Part shown: positions 39,136 to 52,428 of the stretch, one piece after another
Layout of the letters: each line of letters starts with the position of its first letter
Numbering within the stretch: position 1 is the stretch's first letter
NCBI GenBank assembly: GCA_965113315.1
Contig: OZ220368.1
From: Podarcis vaucheri
Taxonomy: Eukaryota
Reading direction: 5' to 3' (one strand)
Length of the DNA stretch: 64,000 nucleotides
Notes under the pieces: model-generated
What the model was told of the DNA's origin: nothing
Seen by the model: the letters and a program-made list of their open reading frames with translations, nothing else
Database searches by the model: none
Translations under genes and position numbers: made by a program

Positions 39136-40661
39136 TTTCAGCTCGGGCTGTATTAATATTTACCCCCTTATTCTTCTCATGAGAAAGCACTCTTGTTAAA
39201 GGTAGTCCAAATAGTATCACCATGCTACCACATCCCTTTTTAAAAGTAGTATCTGAGATTTGCTATTTTGCATTCTTAACCTTACAGGGAATCTTTGCAA
39301 TACTATTTTACCATGTGAAAATAGTGGGGAGGGTAATCTGTATGTGCATGTGGCTTTTTACCTTCAAAATATTGTGTGAATTGGACCTTCTCTGCACCTC
39401 GCCAAGCCTGAGAGATTCTTCTGCTTCATTATATACTTTCCCCCTGGCTGTGCAGGTGAGTCGCTTCTGCTTTTGTTTATTTTGCCCTCATACTCATTTA
39501 AGGGTCGCATCACATCTCCGATCAACGCTGACATGCGCCCTTTTTCCAGTCCGAACAAATGTACTGTTTCTGCCAGGAGCCACTTGCCTGCTTTGCTAGG
39601 AGATGTGGGAACTTTTATCTCTCTCCTCTGCTAGAGGAAGAAGTAAATCAGAGCAAGCTGACAGCTTTGTCTCTTCAGTATGTTATCCATGGGCAAGAGG
39701 ATGCCTCCCTTGAGATCCCATTAGGTGTACTGTCTCCACCACTAAACTTTCAACAAGCACACTCACTAAGACCTGCATGTCAAAGAGAGTCCGCCAGTTA
39801 ATGATCGCTGGGAGTTCACTTTCTCCTTTCTCACTTCCTCCAATTTTGCTTTCCTCCACTTTATTAAAAAGTGAATCTGCGTAGCATTAGCAAAGCTTCA
39901 TCTCTCAAAGCAAGCAGAATGATTTCAGTTAAATGCATGCATGCCCCAAATACCTGACTCTTGCTTCCGGTACAGTGCAGGATCTCTGCCCAGTCAGCTA
40001 CTCAACAATAAGCAAGAGGATGAGCAGCGTACCCTTGTGTGCCTGTGCTCTGCTAACAAAGAGAAGGAGAGGAAGCGGTCCTGGGAGAGGGTGGGAGGGG
40101 TCTGGTTTACAGTGAATGACAGACAGAGCAAACTTTCATTACGCCCATGTATTTTCCCAGATGCCTAAAACACACCAGTCACAAATGCAGGGGAAGGAAG
40201 CCTGGCAGCCATGTATTTCACCCCTTCCCTTCTGCATCCATGGCTGACACCCTTTGGAAGTTAAAAGAGATTGAGGAGCATTCTCTGGAGACCGCAGGAG
40301 GGGAGAGGGCTGTTGTGGTCAAATCCTACTTGCTGGTTTCCCACAGGATGTTCATAGTTCAGCCGCTGTGAAAACAGGATGCTGGACTTGATGGGCTGTT
40401 GGTCTGATTCAGCAGGCTCTTCTTAGGAATATTCCAAAGTGCTGCATGAGCACTGCAAAAATAGGATGGATGTGAAGTGTTGATTCCCTGGGAACTCTGG
40501 AACATAGGCAGGTGTGAAAACTCTTCTTCATTAAAGGCCCCACCTTGTGCATATTTACTCAAAAACTCAGTGGACTTACTCCCAAGTAAGTGTGAACAGG
40601 CAACTCCCTGTTTGTGCGCAAATGGGGAGCTACCTATATAGAGTTGTAGCCAAATGCTGTT

Positions 40662-41237
40662 GTCTTTGTCCATGGAGTTTTCTTGGCAGGGATACTGGAG
40701 TGGCTTGCCAGTTCCTCCTCCAGGTGGATCACGTTTGGTCAAAACTCTCCACTATGACCTGTTCATCTTGGGTGCCCTGCTCGGCATAGTTCATAGCTTC
40801 TCTGAGTTATTCAAGCCCCTTCGCCATGGCAAGGAAGTGATCCATGAATGGGAAGCTGAAGAATTGATGCTTTTGAATTATGGTGCTGGAGGAGACTCTT
40901 GAGAGTCCCATGGACTGCAAGAAGATCAAACCTCTCCATTCTGAAGGAAATCAGCCCTGAGTGCTCACTGGGAGGACAGATCCTGAAGCTGAGGCTCCAA
41001 TACTTTGGCCACCTCATGAGAAGAGAAGACTCCCTGGAAAAGACCCTGATGTTGGGAAATATGGAGGGCACAAGGAGAAGGGGATGACAGAGGACGAGAT
41101 GGTTGGATAGTGTTCTCGAAGCTACCAGCATGAGTTTGACCAAACTGTGGGAGGCAGTGGAAGACAGAAGTGCCTGGCGTGCTCTGGTCCATGGGGTCAC
41201 AAAGAGTCGGACACGACTAAACGACTAAACAACAACA
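40662..41237 (+). mobile_element. BovB insertion with inverted 5' segment
   Basis: About 40857-41237 is the BovB 3' end on plus; 40662-40851 resembles BovB 5'-region sequence on minus (CCACTCCAGTATCCCTGCCAAGAAAACTCCATGGA); 14-bp TSD AGCCAAATGCTGTT at 40648-40661 and 41238-41251. Confidence 0.88.
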
Positions 41238-41325
41238 AGCCAAATGCTGTTTTTGATCAAAAGCCGGAAATAGGTGTTGAACTCCAAATATTAAATACTC
41301 TAAAAACACACACACACAGGAATAT

Positions 41326-41547
41326 GTACTGCTGTGGCGGGAAGGTAAACATTGTTTCCGTGCGCTCTGGTTTCTGTCATGGTGTTCCATTGCGCCAGAA
41401 GCAGTTTAGTGCTGCTGGCCACATGACCCAGAAAGCTATCTGTGGACAAACGCTGGCTCCCTTGGCCTGAAAGCGAGAAGAGCGCCACAACCCTGTAGTC
41501 ACCTTTGACTGAACTTAACCGTCCAGGGGTCCTTTACCTTACCTTTT
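41326..41547 (+). mobile_element. Sauria SINE, 5'-truncated
   Basis: GGCGGGAAGGTAAAC...CAGGGGTCCTTTACCTT. Confidence 0.88.
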
Positions 41548-42552
41548 AATAGTATAGTAACATGTATGGTATGGATTTGGCCTAAGAAAGACAGCTAGGA
41601 GTTGCATGGTAAAACCGTGGAAAACTTTGTTTTCCTTAAGGTTTTCTATTTACTGTCATAGAAAGATTAAGCATTATAGCAGGCCCGTCCCTGGAAAAGC
41701 AGGTGTGAAGTCTTAAATCTCCCCAGATGCAGTGCCCTTTAGGCTGCAATGTAATACTGAATTGCCCTCCGAGTGCTCATTAAAGTGAAGGCCAGTCAAT
41801 AACCAAGGGGGACTGAAGTCACAAATCCATGCCTCAGCCTCTGGGGGAAACAAGCCACAATAAGGGAAGAATCAATTGTCCACAGCCTCTCCATCTCCCA
41901 TTGAGGCTGAGCTCCAGTGTCACTTCTTCCCCGTCCTCTCTTTCCCTATAAATAAGTGGGGCACCCAAACTCTCAAAATGTTAGCTCTGCGGCTGTTTGC
42001 TGAGAGATTTACTGGCTACATAGCACTGGTAAATCAGGGGAAACAGAAGACATGTGGAGACGAGATGCATATAAACAAGGAAAGTGTCAGCAAAGAAGCC
42101 TCACTGTCTCGCTCTGGCTCTTTCCATAGGCTGTCCAGCTGCCTAAATAAGGTGTGAACAATTTCTAAGTGAGCAGGGATGGGAAAATCTGTCAGTTTCA
42201 GTCTCCCCCCTCAAAAAAACCCCTTAAATTCAGTTCTCCACATTTCTACAGCAATTTGTGATTTATTTATTTTTTAAAAAAATCCTCATGAAAATTTGTC
42301 AGTATTTTAGTGAGGATTTATCCCAATACACAGATTTTTGGATGCAGCTTTGACATACAATTTGCAAGCACTTCCGTATGCTGTCTTTATGAACATTTGC
42401 ATTTATATGCAGACTTTAACCTAATATGATGCACATTTTTGTTCACATTTCTTGGCTGGAGAAGTGCATTGCAAAATTTGGCCAAGTGTGGATTTTGAAG
42501 AATGGCTGTGTTTCAGTTCCTGTATTGTTTCAGATCAGAAAGTGCAAATTAA

Positions 42553-42908
42553 GGATGCGGGTGGCACTGTGGGTTAAACCACAGAGCCTAGGACTTGCCA
42601 ATCAGAAGGCCGGTGGTTCGAATCCTTGCGATGGGGTGAGCTCCCACTCCTCGGTTCCTGCTCCTGCCAACCTAGCAGTTTGAAAGCATGTCAGAGTGCA
42701 AGTAGATAAATAGGTACCGCTCCGGCGGTAACGTAAATGGCATTTCCGTGCACTGCTCTGATTCGCCAGTAGCGGATTGATCATGCTGGCCACATGACCC
42801 GGAAGCTGTACAGCGGCTCCATCAGCCAATAGAGCGAGATGAGCACCGTAACCCCAGAGTCGCCCATGACTGGACCTAATGGTCAGGGGTCCCTTTACCT
42901 TTACCTTT
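42553..42908 (+). mobile_element. Sauria SINE nested in a DNA-transposon relic (42176-42940)
   Basis: Head, B-box, (ACCTTT)n tail; no clear TSD. Confidence 0.92.
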
Positions 42909-44859
42909 AAATGTGAACTGAATCAAATTTCTTCCTCATGCCGAGGCATGAGCAGCATACAACAGAAGCAGAGAGGAAGCATAAAAGGGAAGCTAAGAGA
43001 AAGGAGGGCAAAAAGAAAAGTGGTAGAGAATGAGAGTATTTATTTATTTAGCCAAATTTATATACCGCTTACTCAACAGAAAGCCTCTCAGCGGATTACA
43101 AAAAGCCGCCTAAAGTATTAGCAGGTTTTTTTAATTGAATCTAAAAAACACATTGAAAACGGATTGACTTTGAGTGATCAACGAAAGACGAGGAGGAGAA
43201 TTGACGAATATGTACCCTTTCTGAAGAAAACGGACTGCTTTTGGGGAAAATACAGGGATGCCATCCCCCAGTGTAGAGCAGAGCCATGCCTGCCTGTTGC
43301 AATAAACACACTGCCTTGAAAAAGTGCGCTTAAAAGGAAATTGATTGCTCCTATTGTGAAGAAAAAGCAGCTGTAGACCCCATTCCACACTAGTTTCCTG
43401 CTGAAAGTTACCCGCCTTGTTGGAATATATTCCTAAATGGGCTTGTCTGCTGTACCAAGCACCTTTGTAGAACAAATTGCTGGGGGGTGGGGGCGAGGAT
43501 TTTTCAGTAGAAACTGCCATCAGCCCCTGCTCTGGATTGGAAGCATATTTCAGATGGAAGTCCCAAAGATGCTTTTTTTAAAAAACTAAAAGCAACCAGT
43601 TTAAATACACTGTGTTAAAGTGTGTTTATTGCAAGGAGGCATGAAGTTTGATCCTAGTCCAGATGCACTGTGCCCCATATAAAATCATCTATGAATAGCC
43701 GGTTTACATCCATTTTCTCAGATATGATTTGCAGAATTAGACCACAATTTGGCCAGAATGAAGTACTTTGACTTCCCGATGATTTTAGTGGGAGAGATAA
43801 GGATGTGCTTCAACTTATTCCCACTGAAATCAATGGAACAAAAAAGTGCTTAACTTCAGCTGGATTGTGTCCTTGTTTTGCATGCTTCAAGCATCCAGTT
43901 TTCTTGGGTGAAAAAATGTACGGTACCCTAGGTGCACTTTTCATTGTGCGATCTCCACACTGAATCTCTAGACCTGCAGGGTAATCCTTGTGGGACATTG
44001 TCACAAATCGTCTCTACTATGGCAGTGCCCAGTTTCAGCCAGTTAATCTTACTGTTTTCCTTCTGGAAACAAAAAGAACGACCTGGAACATGAAATATCC
44101 CAGAAATGCATTGATTTTTGTTCTATGGGTAGGTTTATTATCTTAGTCCACGCTAGCAGATTGGGGGACTAAAATACCACATCATTTTTCCACAGAAAAA
44201 TGGTCAGGGTAGGGTCAAGAAGCCATGTGTTGGCACACACCATATAATATTGTCTGGGGACAAAGAACAGTTGCCTTGCAGGTTTCTTAACGGCATGAGA
44301 AACATACACACACCCCAAAAAGTTAATGTTGGTGTTCAGTTTAAGTAAAGTTTTTTTCTAGAAAGTTTGCAGTATTACCACAACATTTTTACTTTAAAAT
44401 ATAATTTCTGTTGTTTGTAACTGGGGCAAAAGCCCTCTTTTTCCATGTCTCAGTCAGAGAATGTCACTGTGAAAAAAGTTTCAACAAGTATGCTTTATAT
44501 GTGGTGAGGTAGTCCCTGAAGAGAACTACTTCAGGCTGTGCTCAAGGGAAAATGTTCACTCCTTGTTTTAATGTAATCACTATTTAGGATTCTGGTGTGG
44601 AACTGCGTACTATCAAATTCAATAACCAGGCATGGTCATGACAAGCAGTTCCTTGCAAGGTGCTGGAAACAGCATCGTTTTTGAACAGAACACACATATA
44701 TACATTATGACATCGGCATGCAGAGTAGATGAGAATGGAGGCCCGTTCCTTAGCAAGCTGGTGCCTATATTCATTTCAGCAGCAGATTCTCAATCAACCA
44801 TGGCATCCTTCCGCAGCGGTTGTCTGAGTTGAGGGTGGATGGCACCTCTTTGCCTTGGC

Positions 44860-44995
44860 TTGGGTCATTTACAGAAGGGGATGCTTGGGGAGTACTCTTC
44901 AGCCCTGTGGAGCCTTCAATGTGGAGTTCCTCAGGGTTTGATTTTATCCCCCATACTGTTTAATATCTACATGAAACAGCTGGATGGAGTTTTGG
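44860..44995 (+). mobile_element. L2/CR1-group reverse transcriptase fragment
   Basis: CGVPQGLILSPILFNIYMKQL (RT motif B). Confidence 0.75.
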
Positions 44996-44999
44996 AGTA

Positions 45000-45564
45000 C
45001 AGTGGTAACTTGGGTTACATACGCTTCAGGTTACATACGCTTCAGGTTACACACTCCGCTAACCCAGAAATAGTGCTTCAGGTTAAGAACTTTGCTTCAG
45101 GATAAGAACAGAAATCGGGTTCCGGCGGCGCGGCAGCAGCAGGAGGCCCCATTAGCTAAAGTGGTGCTTCAGGTTAAGAACAGTTTCCATGGCTGTTTAA
45201 AGTGGCACAATGCTGCTTTAATCGCTTAGTGCAGATGGAGTCATAGAAGGGGGATTTGGAGAACCCATGAAGTGTGAACCAAGTAAATAACCATTCTGTA
45301 GTATCCTAGTGTGAACTTAGTACAGCGGTACCTCGGGTTACATATGCTTCAGGTTACATATGCTTCAAGTTACAGACTTCGCTAACCCAGAAATAGTGCT
45401 TCAGGTTAAGAACTTTGCTTCAGGATAAGAACAGAGATTGGGTTCTGGCGGCGCAGCAGCAGCAGGAGGCCCCATTACCTAAAGTGGTGCTTCAGGTTAA
45501 GATCAGTTTCAGGTTAAGAACAGACCTCCGGAAAGAATTAAGTACTTAACCCGAGGTACCACTG
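45000..45564. mobile_element. Composite Tigger-like MITE with captured 209-bp tract
   Basis: Outer TIRs with TA at 45000 and 45564; 45180-45388 matches 60901-61109; internal TIR at 45323. Confidence 0.88.
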
Positions 45565-46677
45565 TACGTTGCCCACAATATACCGATGACACACAGCTCT
45601 ACTTCTCCTTGACATACGCAAGCGTGGCTGTGAATGAACTGGGCTTTTCATCTTTTTTGTCATTGTGATCTTGGCTGCTGGTGCACACTTTTTTTTTTTA
45701 CCTGCAGCACTCCAGAGTGAGAGCAAGCATTGCCCTCACTCTAGTTAACACTAGAGTGAGTAACACTAGAGTTACTCTAATTTTCCTACTCATATTGAAA
45801 TATTGCCTCTCAATGAGGCCAAACTTAGATTCAAAACATGTTTCGGGGTATGCATACCCCCAGAAAAAAGTACTGTGCATACAATTTTCCTTTGATGACA
45901 CCATTTTTGTTGTTGTCGTATTCAGAAACGGGCTATTGAATACAAAACAGAAAATATGAAGTTCTGGAGACTTCCAGAGAAAGACCTTCTGTCTGAGACC
46001 TGCTACCACTAATCACAGGCGTTGAACCAGGGAGACCATGGGACTAACGGAGTATAAAGCAATTTCTTATTTTTGGACAGGGTAGAGATTAGAGACAGAT
46101 GGCTTGAGATGAGACCTCGTCTGTATGACCTCCTTACAGCCTGAAATATCACTGGTTCAAACAAAGAAAAGAGCAAACACATATATAAATAAGAGCCTGC
46201 GGAAGGCTAAGGACAAGGCAGCCGAGTGACTCACTCTCCATGCTCCAGGGGATTACAGGAGATGGGTTACTTTAGTCAGGCAAAGTCTTTTGTTTCAACT
46301 TAATGTAGTGTAAAAGGTTTGGATTTATTCTAACAGTATTAAAGGCATGTCCTGGACCCCTCTTAGGCTGTGACTGGGGAGCCCACACATTTGCGTCATT
46401 TGTAAATCCTTTTGGGATTTGCGGGGGCCTGGCTGCGGCATATATTTTACATATACCATTTAAAATAAATAACCTAGCATCCTATTGGGTAGCTTAATGT
46501 GCTGCACTGACCACACTGGCAATGCTTTGATTCTTGGTCAGCAGGGAAACTGAATAACCCTATATCTCACAGCTTCTGGATGCAGTGTGGCCAGTAATGT
46601 TAGCAGCCATCACGTCTGTAGAATGTGGGATATAATCCACTGGGAGCAGTCAAATACAACATTCCTTGTTTTGCTAG

Positions 46678-46931
46678 AAGAAGAAGAAGAAGAGTTTGGA
46701 TTTGATATCCCGCCTTTCACTCCCTTTAAGGAGTCTCAAAGCGGCTAACATTCTCCTTTCCCTTCCTCCCCCACAACAAACACTCTGTGAGGTGAGTGGG
46801 GCTGAGAGACTTCAAAGAAGTGTGACTGGCCCAAGGTCACCCAGCAGCTGCATGTGGAGGAGCGGAGACGCGAACCCGGTTTCCCAGATTACGAGACTAC
46901 CACTCTTAACCACTACACCACACTGGCTCTC
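46678..46931 (-). mobile_element. CORE-type tRNA SINE (Squam2-like), young, (TTC)n tail
   Basis: Minus head GAGAGCCAGTGTGGTGTAGTGGTTAAGAG, core GGGTGACCTTGGGCCAGTCAC; TSD TTTTGCTAG(A) at 46669 and 46943. Confidence 0.88.
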
Positions 46932-47316
46932 AGTGTGGATTCTTTTGCTAGAGTGGACATGCAAGGAAATGTTTGGTCCAGCCAGTCGAAACCTCCTGTT
47001 CCTCCTGGCCTAGAGCATCCTTCCTTGCATGTGACTAGTGGGTGAGCGTGACCTTTCCAGACCTGATAAAAGGCCAAGGCATGCTGCTACTCTTTCTTTC
47101 CCATCTTCCTTTCGTCCTGCGAACTTCCCAGACTGCTAACTGCATTCACTAGGTCAACCCACATATGGGATAAATCTGTTTGTATATGCTTGTAACTTTA
47201 AGCCTTAAGCCTGCCTTCAGGGATCACACTATGCTCTGCCTGATCATGAGTAAACTTCCTTTTTGTTGCTTATGAATAAGACGGCGGTGTCTTTATTCTT
47301 TTAGGAGGAATTCAAG

Positions 47317-47673
47317 GGGATGTTGGTGGCACTGGGGTTAACCCACAGAGCCTAGGACTTGCCGATCAGAAGGTCAGCAGTTCGAATCCTCGCAATGGGG
47401 TGAGCTCCTGTTGCTTGGTCCCTGCTCCTGTCAACCTAGCAGTTCGAAAGCACGTCAAAGTGCAAGTAGATAAATAGGTACCGCTCCGGCAGGAAGGTAA
47501 ATGGCGTTTCCGTGCACTGCTGTGGTTTGCCAGAAGTGGCTTAGTCATGCTGCCCATGTGACCCGGAAGCTGTACGCCGGCTCCCTCGGCCAATAAAGCA
47601 AGATGAGCGCCGCAACCCCAGAATCGGTCACGACTGGACCTAACGGTCAGGGGTCCCTTTACCTTTACCTTTA
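47317..47673 (+). mobile_element. Sauria SINE, full length
   Basis: Head, B-box, tail; TSD CAAGGGG. Confidence 0.93.
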
Positions 47674-49416
47674 CAAGGGGTTTTACCACATTTCAATTTG
47701 GACAAGCCAGATTGAATTGCTTATTGTCTTAAGAAACTCACACAAGTTTGCAACTAGCTTTCTGCTGTGTAAAGGGGAATGCACTCTGCTAAGTAAAGGA
47801 ACTTGCTAGCGCAAGTTAGGAAGGATATTAATAAACAATATATCCTCTCCTGCCACCTGAACATTCCCACATAGAATAATATTGCCTTGTGTTCAATGAA
47901 ATGCCTCACTATGGATTGGGAGAATGAAATGTGTCATGCACAGAGCACAGAACTTGGAATTTTCTTATTTTAAAAATTACATTGATTGAAATTTATTAAA
48001 GATACATGTCGCGAAGTTCAGTTCATAAAATTGGGGAAACAATGAGACAAATAGATAAAGTAACTGGAAAAAAACCAATAGTAATTTTTGAAGCAAGAAT
48101 AGTGGGCCATCACTATCAGTACCGTGCAAGAAATAATATAGGTTTGGCACGACTGTTTCCAGTTCCCACCTGTAATCCCAACCCATAGGTGTGTTAATAA
48201 TAGCCCAACATCTCTTAAAGAACAGCAGGAGAATAGAAAGGGAAGCTCCTGAACATGTCAGCATTGAGTTTCAGCCACATGCCTAATTCAAATCTTCTCT
48301 GTCATTTACTCATCAGGAGTGGTGAGAGTGAAACATCAGGCTGCGGCATGACAGCTCCAGGTGGAAGATTATTCTGCAGTTTAATCACTTCCTGACAGCA
48401 TCAGTTGCTCCTTCATCTGCATCTATTAACCTTTATTTCTTCCGTTCAGGACTGGATATGTACACCTCATGTCCATGAGTTAGCCGCACAACTTCAGACT
48501 CATGTATCTGACAAAGGAGTCTAGGCTCTGAAAATTCTACTTAAAATAAGAAAGAGCAATTTTCCACGTTGGTTGGAAATCACCAACATATTTGGACAGT
48601 TTTAGGTGAATCAGATTATTGGTCTATTGAGTTCAAGGCTCTGACTGGCAGCAGCTCTCAAGGCCTGCCAGCTCAGGTTCTTATCACCAAGAATTGATCC
48701 TGGGACCTTATTTATGCAAAGGATGTGCTCTACCACTGAACTGTAACCCACACACAGGTAAAATTAGGGTAAAAAAATATGATTACAGGAGTTAGTGGGA
48801 TACTGAATTTATTTATATGTATTTATATGTAGAATTTCAAAGTGCTAAGTAGCTATTCACCAATTCCCTGTAGCTATCATGACGTTTTCCTACAGCCGAC
48901 TTATTTTCAGACTACATATTCTTCTGTATTATCATCTATTATTCTTTTGTAAAAATAAAACTACTCAGAAACTTCAACTATAATATAATGCATTTTATGT
49001 GTTATTTTTCTGCACATCTTATCCTAATTATGCATATATATATATTTTACACCCTAGCTGGAGAACAGCACTGAAATAGTTGGAGAAATGAAATATTTCA
49101 GTTCGCATATTGTTTTGGAAAGTGGAAATTCGGTAGGTCCAACTTTGAATGTGACGTACTTTGACTTTCTCCCCCATTCCTAATGTGATTCATAGATCAA
49201 ATATTTTAAATGATCAGTATTTTCTGACTTGTTTGGTCTTGTTCTTGAAATTTGTGGATTCTCTTCCCTAAGCCATGCCCTCATTCAACGATAAGGAGAT
49301 TTCTGCCAAAATCTTCATAGATGCAGGACTCTGATGAGTGTGCATTGGGGGGAGGGGGACTGGAATCTGACTTGGGAGAGGGGAACAGTGATTTGTGGGG
49401 ACCTATATCAGCCAGG

Positions 49417-49773
49417 GGGATGCGGGTGGTGCTGTGGGTTAAACCACAGAGCCTAGGACTTGCTGATCAGAAGGTCGGCGGTTCAAATCCCAGTGACGGG
49501 GTGAGCTCCTGTTGCTCGGTCCCAGCTCCTGCCAACCTAGCAGTTTGAAAGCATGTCAAAGTGCAAGTAGATAAATAGGTACCGCTCCGGTGGGAAGGTA
49601 AACGACATTTCCGTGCACTGCTCTGGTTCACCAGAAGCAGCTTAGTCATGCTGGCCACATGACCTGGAAGCTGTACACTGGCTCCCTTGGCCAATAAAGC
49701 GAGATGAGCACCGCAACCCCAGAGTCAGTCACGACTGGACCTAATGGTCAGGGGTCCCTTTACCTTTACCTTT
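49417..49773 (+). mobile_element. Sauria SINE, full length
   Basis: TSD TATATCAGCCAGGG at 49404-49417 and 49773-49786. Confidence 0.95.
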
Positions 49774-50778
49774 ATATCAGCCAGGGTGGCACACTTGAGG
49801 GGTGAGAGGAAGAGGAGAAAGAGGCAGGTCAGGCAAGTGAACCGCCAGGTGCTTCCCCAACGTCTTCTGCACCACTATATCCCAGAACAAGGAGAGGATT
49901 GAAGAGGGAAGAGCAGAGACAGATTTCATGCAGGCATAGTCTCTGGCTGTGTGCATGCAGCCTGGCAGGGGAAGGTACATAAACTGGTGGGGGGAGCATG
50001 GTCCCCGGTTGCTGCAGCTGTTCCCTGGAGTGCAGACCAGTCAGTAGCTGCCTGGACACTTGACTGGTTTGCATGGGTATTCAGAGCCATAGAAATTACT
50101 GTGTCTGCCTTTGAGAATGAAAAGTTAACTCTATGCCACATGGATTCCTTTGGCTGGGGAACACTTGTGACAATGTATTTGCATGAAGGGGGAACTGCAG
50201 ATGTTCACAAGAGATTTCATGCTGACCAGATCCAGATAGGCCACGGTCCAAATTTCACGGCCTATATATATCCTGCTTCAGCACTTCCAGATCCTGAAGT
50301 CTAGACATAACAGCAACCAAGGAGAAGCAGGGCAAATATCTGCCTGAAGAGATGCTAAGGCAACATTTCATGCAGAATATTCTTTGAGCTTTGGAATTGT
50401 CAGCACGATTCTTCTCCATTTACAGGGCTGCCATAATTCCCACAATTTGTTTGATGAATTATAACTGATGTAACTTGACAAATTTTAGGGAAGATGATGG
50501 ATAAGCAGCCATTCTTTTTGGCTGTTGCTCCTTCTTTTCTCTCCAGTTTGGTTGCCGATAGTTCGAGCACATCCCCCAAGGGCTGGCCCCTTGTAACTAG
50601 CCTTCTTCTCATGGTAGTCTGGGCAATTAGTTTTTAAAGTAAGGCATCTTGACATCTGGAGCCCCACACTAATTAAGTTGATGTTTTCATGCTGAGATAT
50701 TGAGGTGGGGGTGGCTATCAGCTTCATCCAAAATATCTGACTCATGCAACTTGCCTTCTGTCACTTTGCAGTAGTCTT

Positions 50779-50910
50779 AGGTAAAAAAGGTAAAGGACTC
50801 CTGGACAGTTAAGTCCAGTCAAGGGCAGCTATGGGGTGTGGCACTCATCTTGCTTTCAGGCCAAGAGAGCCAGCATTTGTCGACAGCCAGCTTTCCGGGT
50901 CATGTAGCAG
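50779..50910 (-). mobile_element. Sauria SINE 3' fragment
   Basis: AAAGGTAAAGGAC.CCTGGACAGTTAAGTCCAGTC reversed tail. Confidence 0.82.
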
Positions 50911-50981
50911 CAGCCTAATCTCAAATTACTTCATTTGTTGCCATTGGTTTACTCATCCAAACTGCATTTAATTCCAGCATA

Positions 50982-51335
50982 CAGTGGTGCCCCGCAAGAC
51001 GAATGCCTCGCAATACGAAAAACTTGCTAGATGAAAGGGTTTTGCGGTTTTTTAGCTGCTTCGCAAGACGAATTTCCCTATGGGCTTGCTTCGCAAGACG
51101 AAAACGTCTTGCGTTTTATGCAAGTTTGTTTCCTTTTTCTTAACACTGTTAATACAGTTGCGACTTGACTTCGAGGAGCAACTCATAGAACGCGGTGTGG
51201 TAGCCTTTTTTGAGGTTTTTGGCTTTTTTTGAAGCTTTTCCAAAACTTTTCCGACACCGTGCTTCGCAAGAGAAAAAATTCGCTAGACGAAAAAACTCGC
51301 AGAACGAATTAATTTCGTCTTGCGAGGCACCACTG
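50982..51335. mobile_element. Tc1/mariner (Tigger-like) MITE, second family
   Basis: TA-CAGTGGTGCC.CGCAAGACGAA ... TTCGTCTTGCGAGGCACCACTG-TA; internal CTTCGCAAGACG repeats. Confidence 0.88.
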
Positions 51336-52173
51336 TAAATGTATTTCCTATGAAGTAAATTAGAAGATATTCCATAATCACATGAAGCAATGTATTTGTC
51401 CAAATGCTGGTCTTTATATGATCACTTATTAGACTATGTGATTGTAGCTGGTGCCATGGTGGTGCTCTTAGACTGCTACGGGTCACAGGGGTTTGAGGTT
51501 TGCAAAGGTATTCTGCCTAAGCCAGGAAAAGGTAGCCTGTGGCTATCCAGATTGTCAGTGGACTCCAGATCCCATCATCCCTGGCCACTGGCCATGCTGG
51601 CTGGGGTTGATGGGAGCTGGTGTGCAACAATATTGGAAGACTACAGGTTCTCATCCTTGGTCTAACCTTTGGTTGGTGAGTTTACCTAAGCTTCAACAGA
51701 CAAGCTCAGGGATTACACAGTGTCCTTGCTCTCACGGTTGAGGTTCTTTCCTGAACAGCATGCCTTGAGCCGGTGCTCAAAGACCAGTCAGTTCCACGAT
51801 GCCTTACAAAGTATTTTGATGGGCAGTTGAAAACTCACTTACTATACAGTAACACTTTCTGGGCCAGATAATTTCTTGAAGAAATTACACTTGATTTGCA
51901 ATGCATTACAAGCAGGACAAATTCATATTCCAACCAGGAAATTAGAACCTTTGATGGCATCACTACTGAAGCTTTCATTTTTCCAATTGGAACAGGAGAC
52001 ACTCACTATTCTAAGTACAGAAATGTCATATGTTTCATGGGGGTCTACTTAGAAGGATCTGTGCCAAAAGGGACCACTAATAATTAATGACAGAATAGGC
52101 TTGTATTCAGATACACATGCTTGAACATAATGTGATAGTATCAGCATTAGAACAATGTCTCAGAAAGTACATA

Positions 52174-52428
52174 CAGTGGTACTTCTAGATGCGAACGGGA
52201 TCTGTTCCGGAGCCCTGTTTGCATCTAGAAGCAAACGTAACCAGCGACGGCACATCTGCGCACACACGTGTCGCTTTCTGCCGCTTCTGCGCGTGACATC
52301 ATTTTGATCGTCTGTGTATGTGCAAGCAGCGAACACGTTACAGTAATGGAGTGCGTTACTTCCGGGTTGCCACGGAGCACAACTCGAATGTGCTCATCCT
52401 GAAGCACATTCAACCCGAGGTATGACTG
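52174..52428. mobile_element. Tc1/mariner (Tigger-like) MITE, third family
   Basis: TA-CAGTGGTAC ... GAGGTATGACTG-TA. Confidence 0.78.

Larger units (their letters stand above)
46624..47690 (+). mobile_element. Probable solo LTR carrying two nested SINEs
   Basis: TGTGG...CCACA termini, GATAAAAG TATA-like box near 47065, AGTAAA near 47249; TSD not recovered. Confidence 0.45.

Noticed and set aside
39380-39460. Strong splice donor CAG/GTGAGT near 39454
   Set aside because: No convincing acceptor or recognisable coding frame upstream; cannot support an exon
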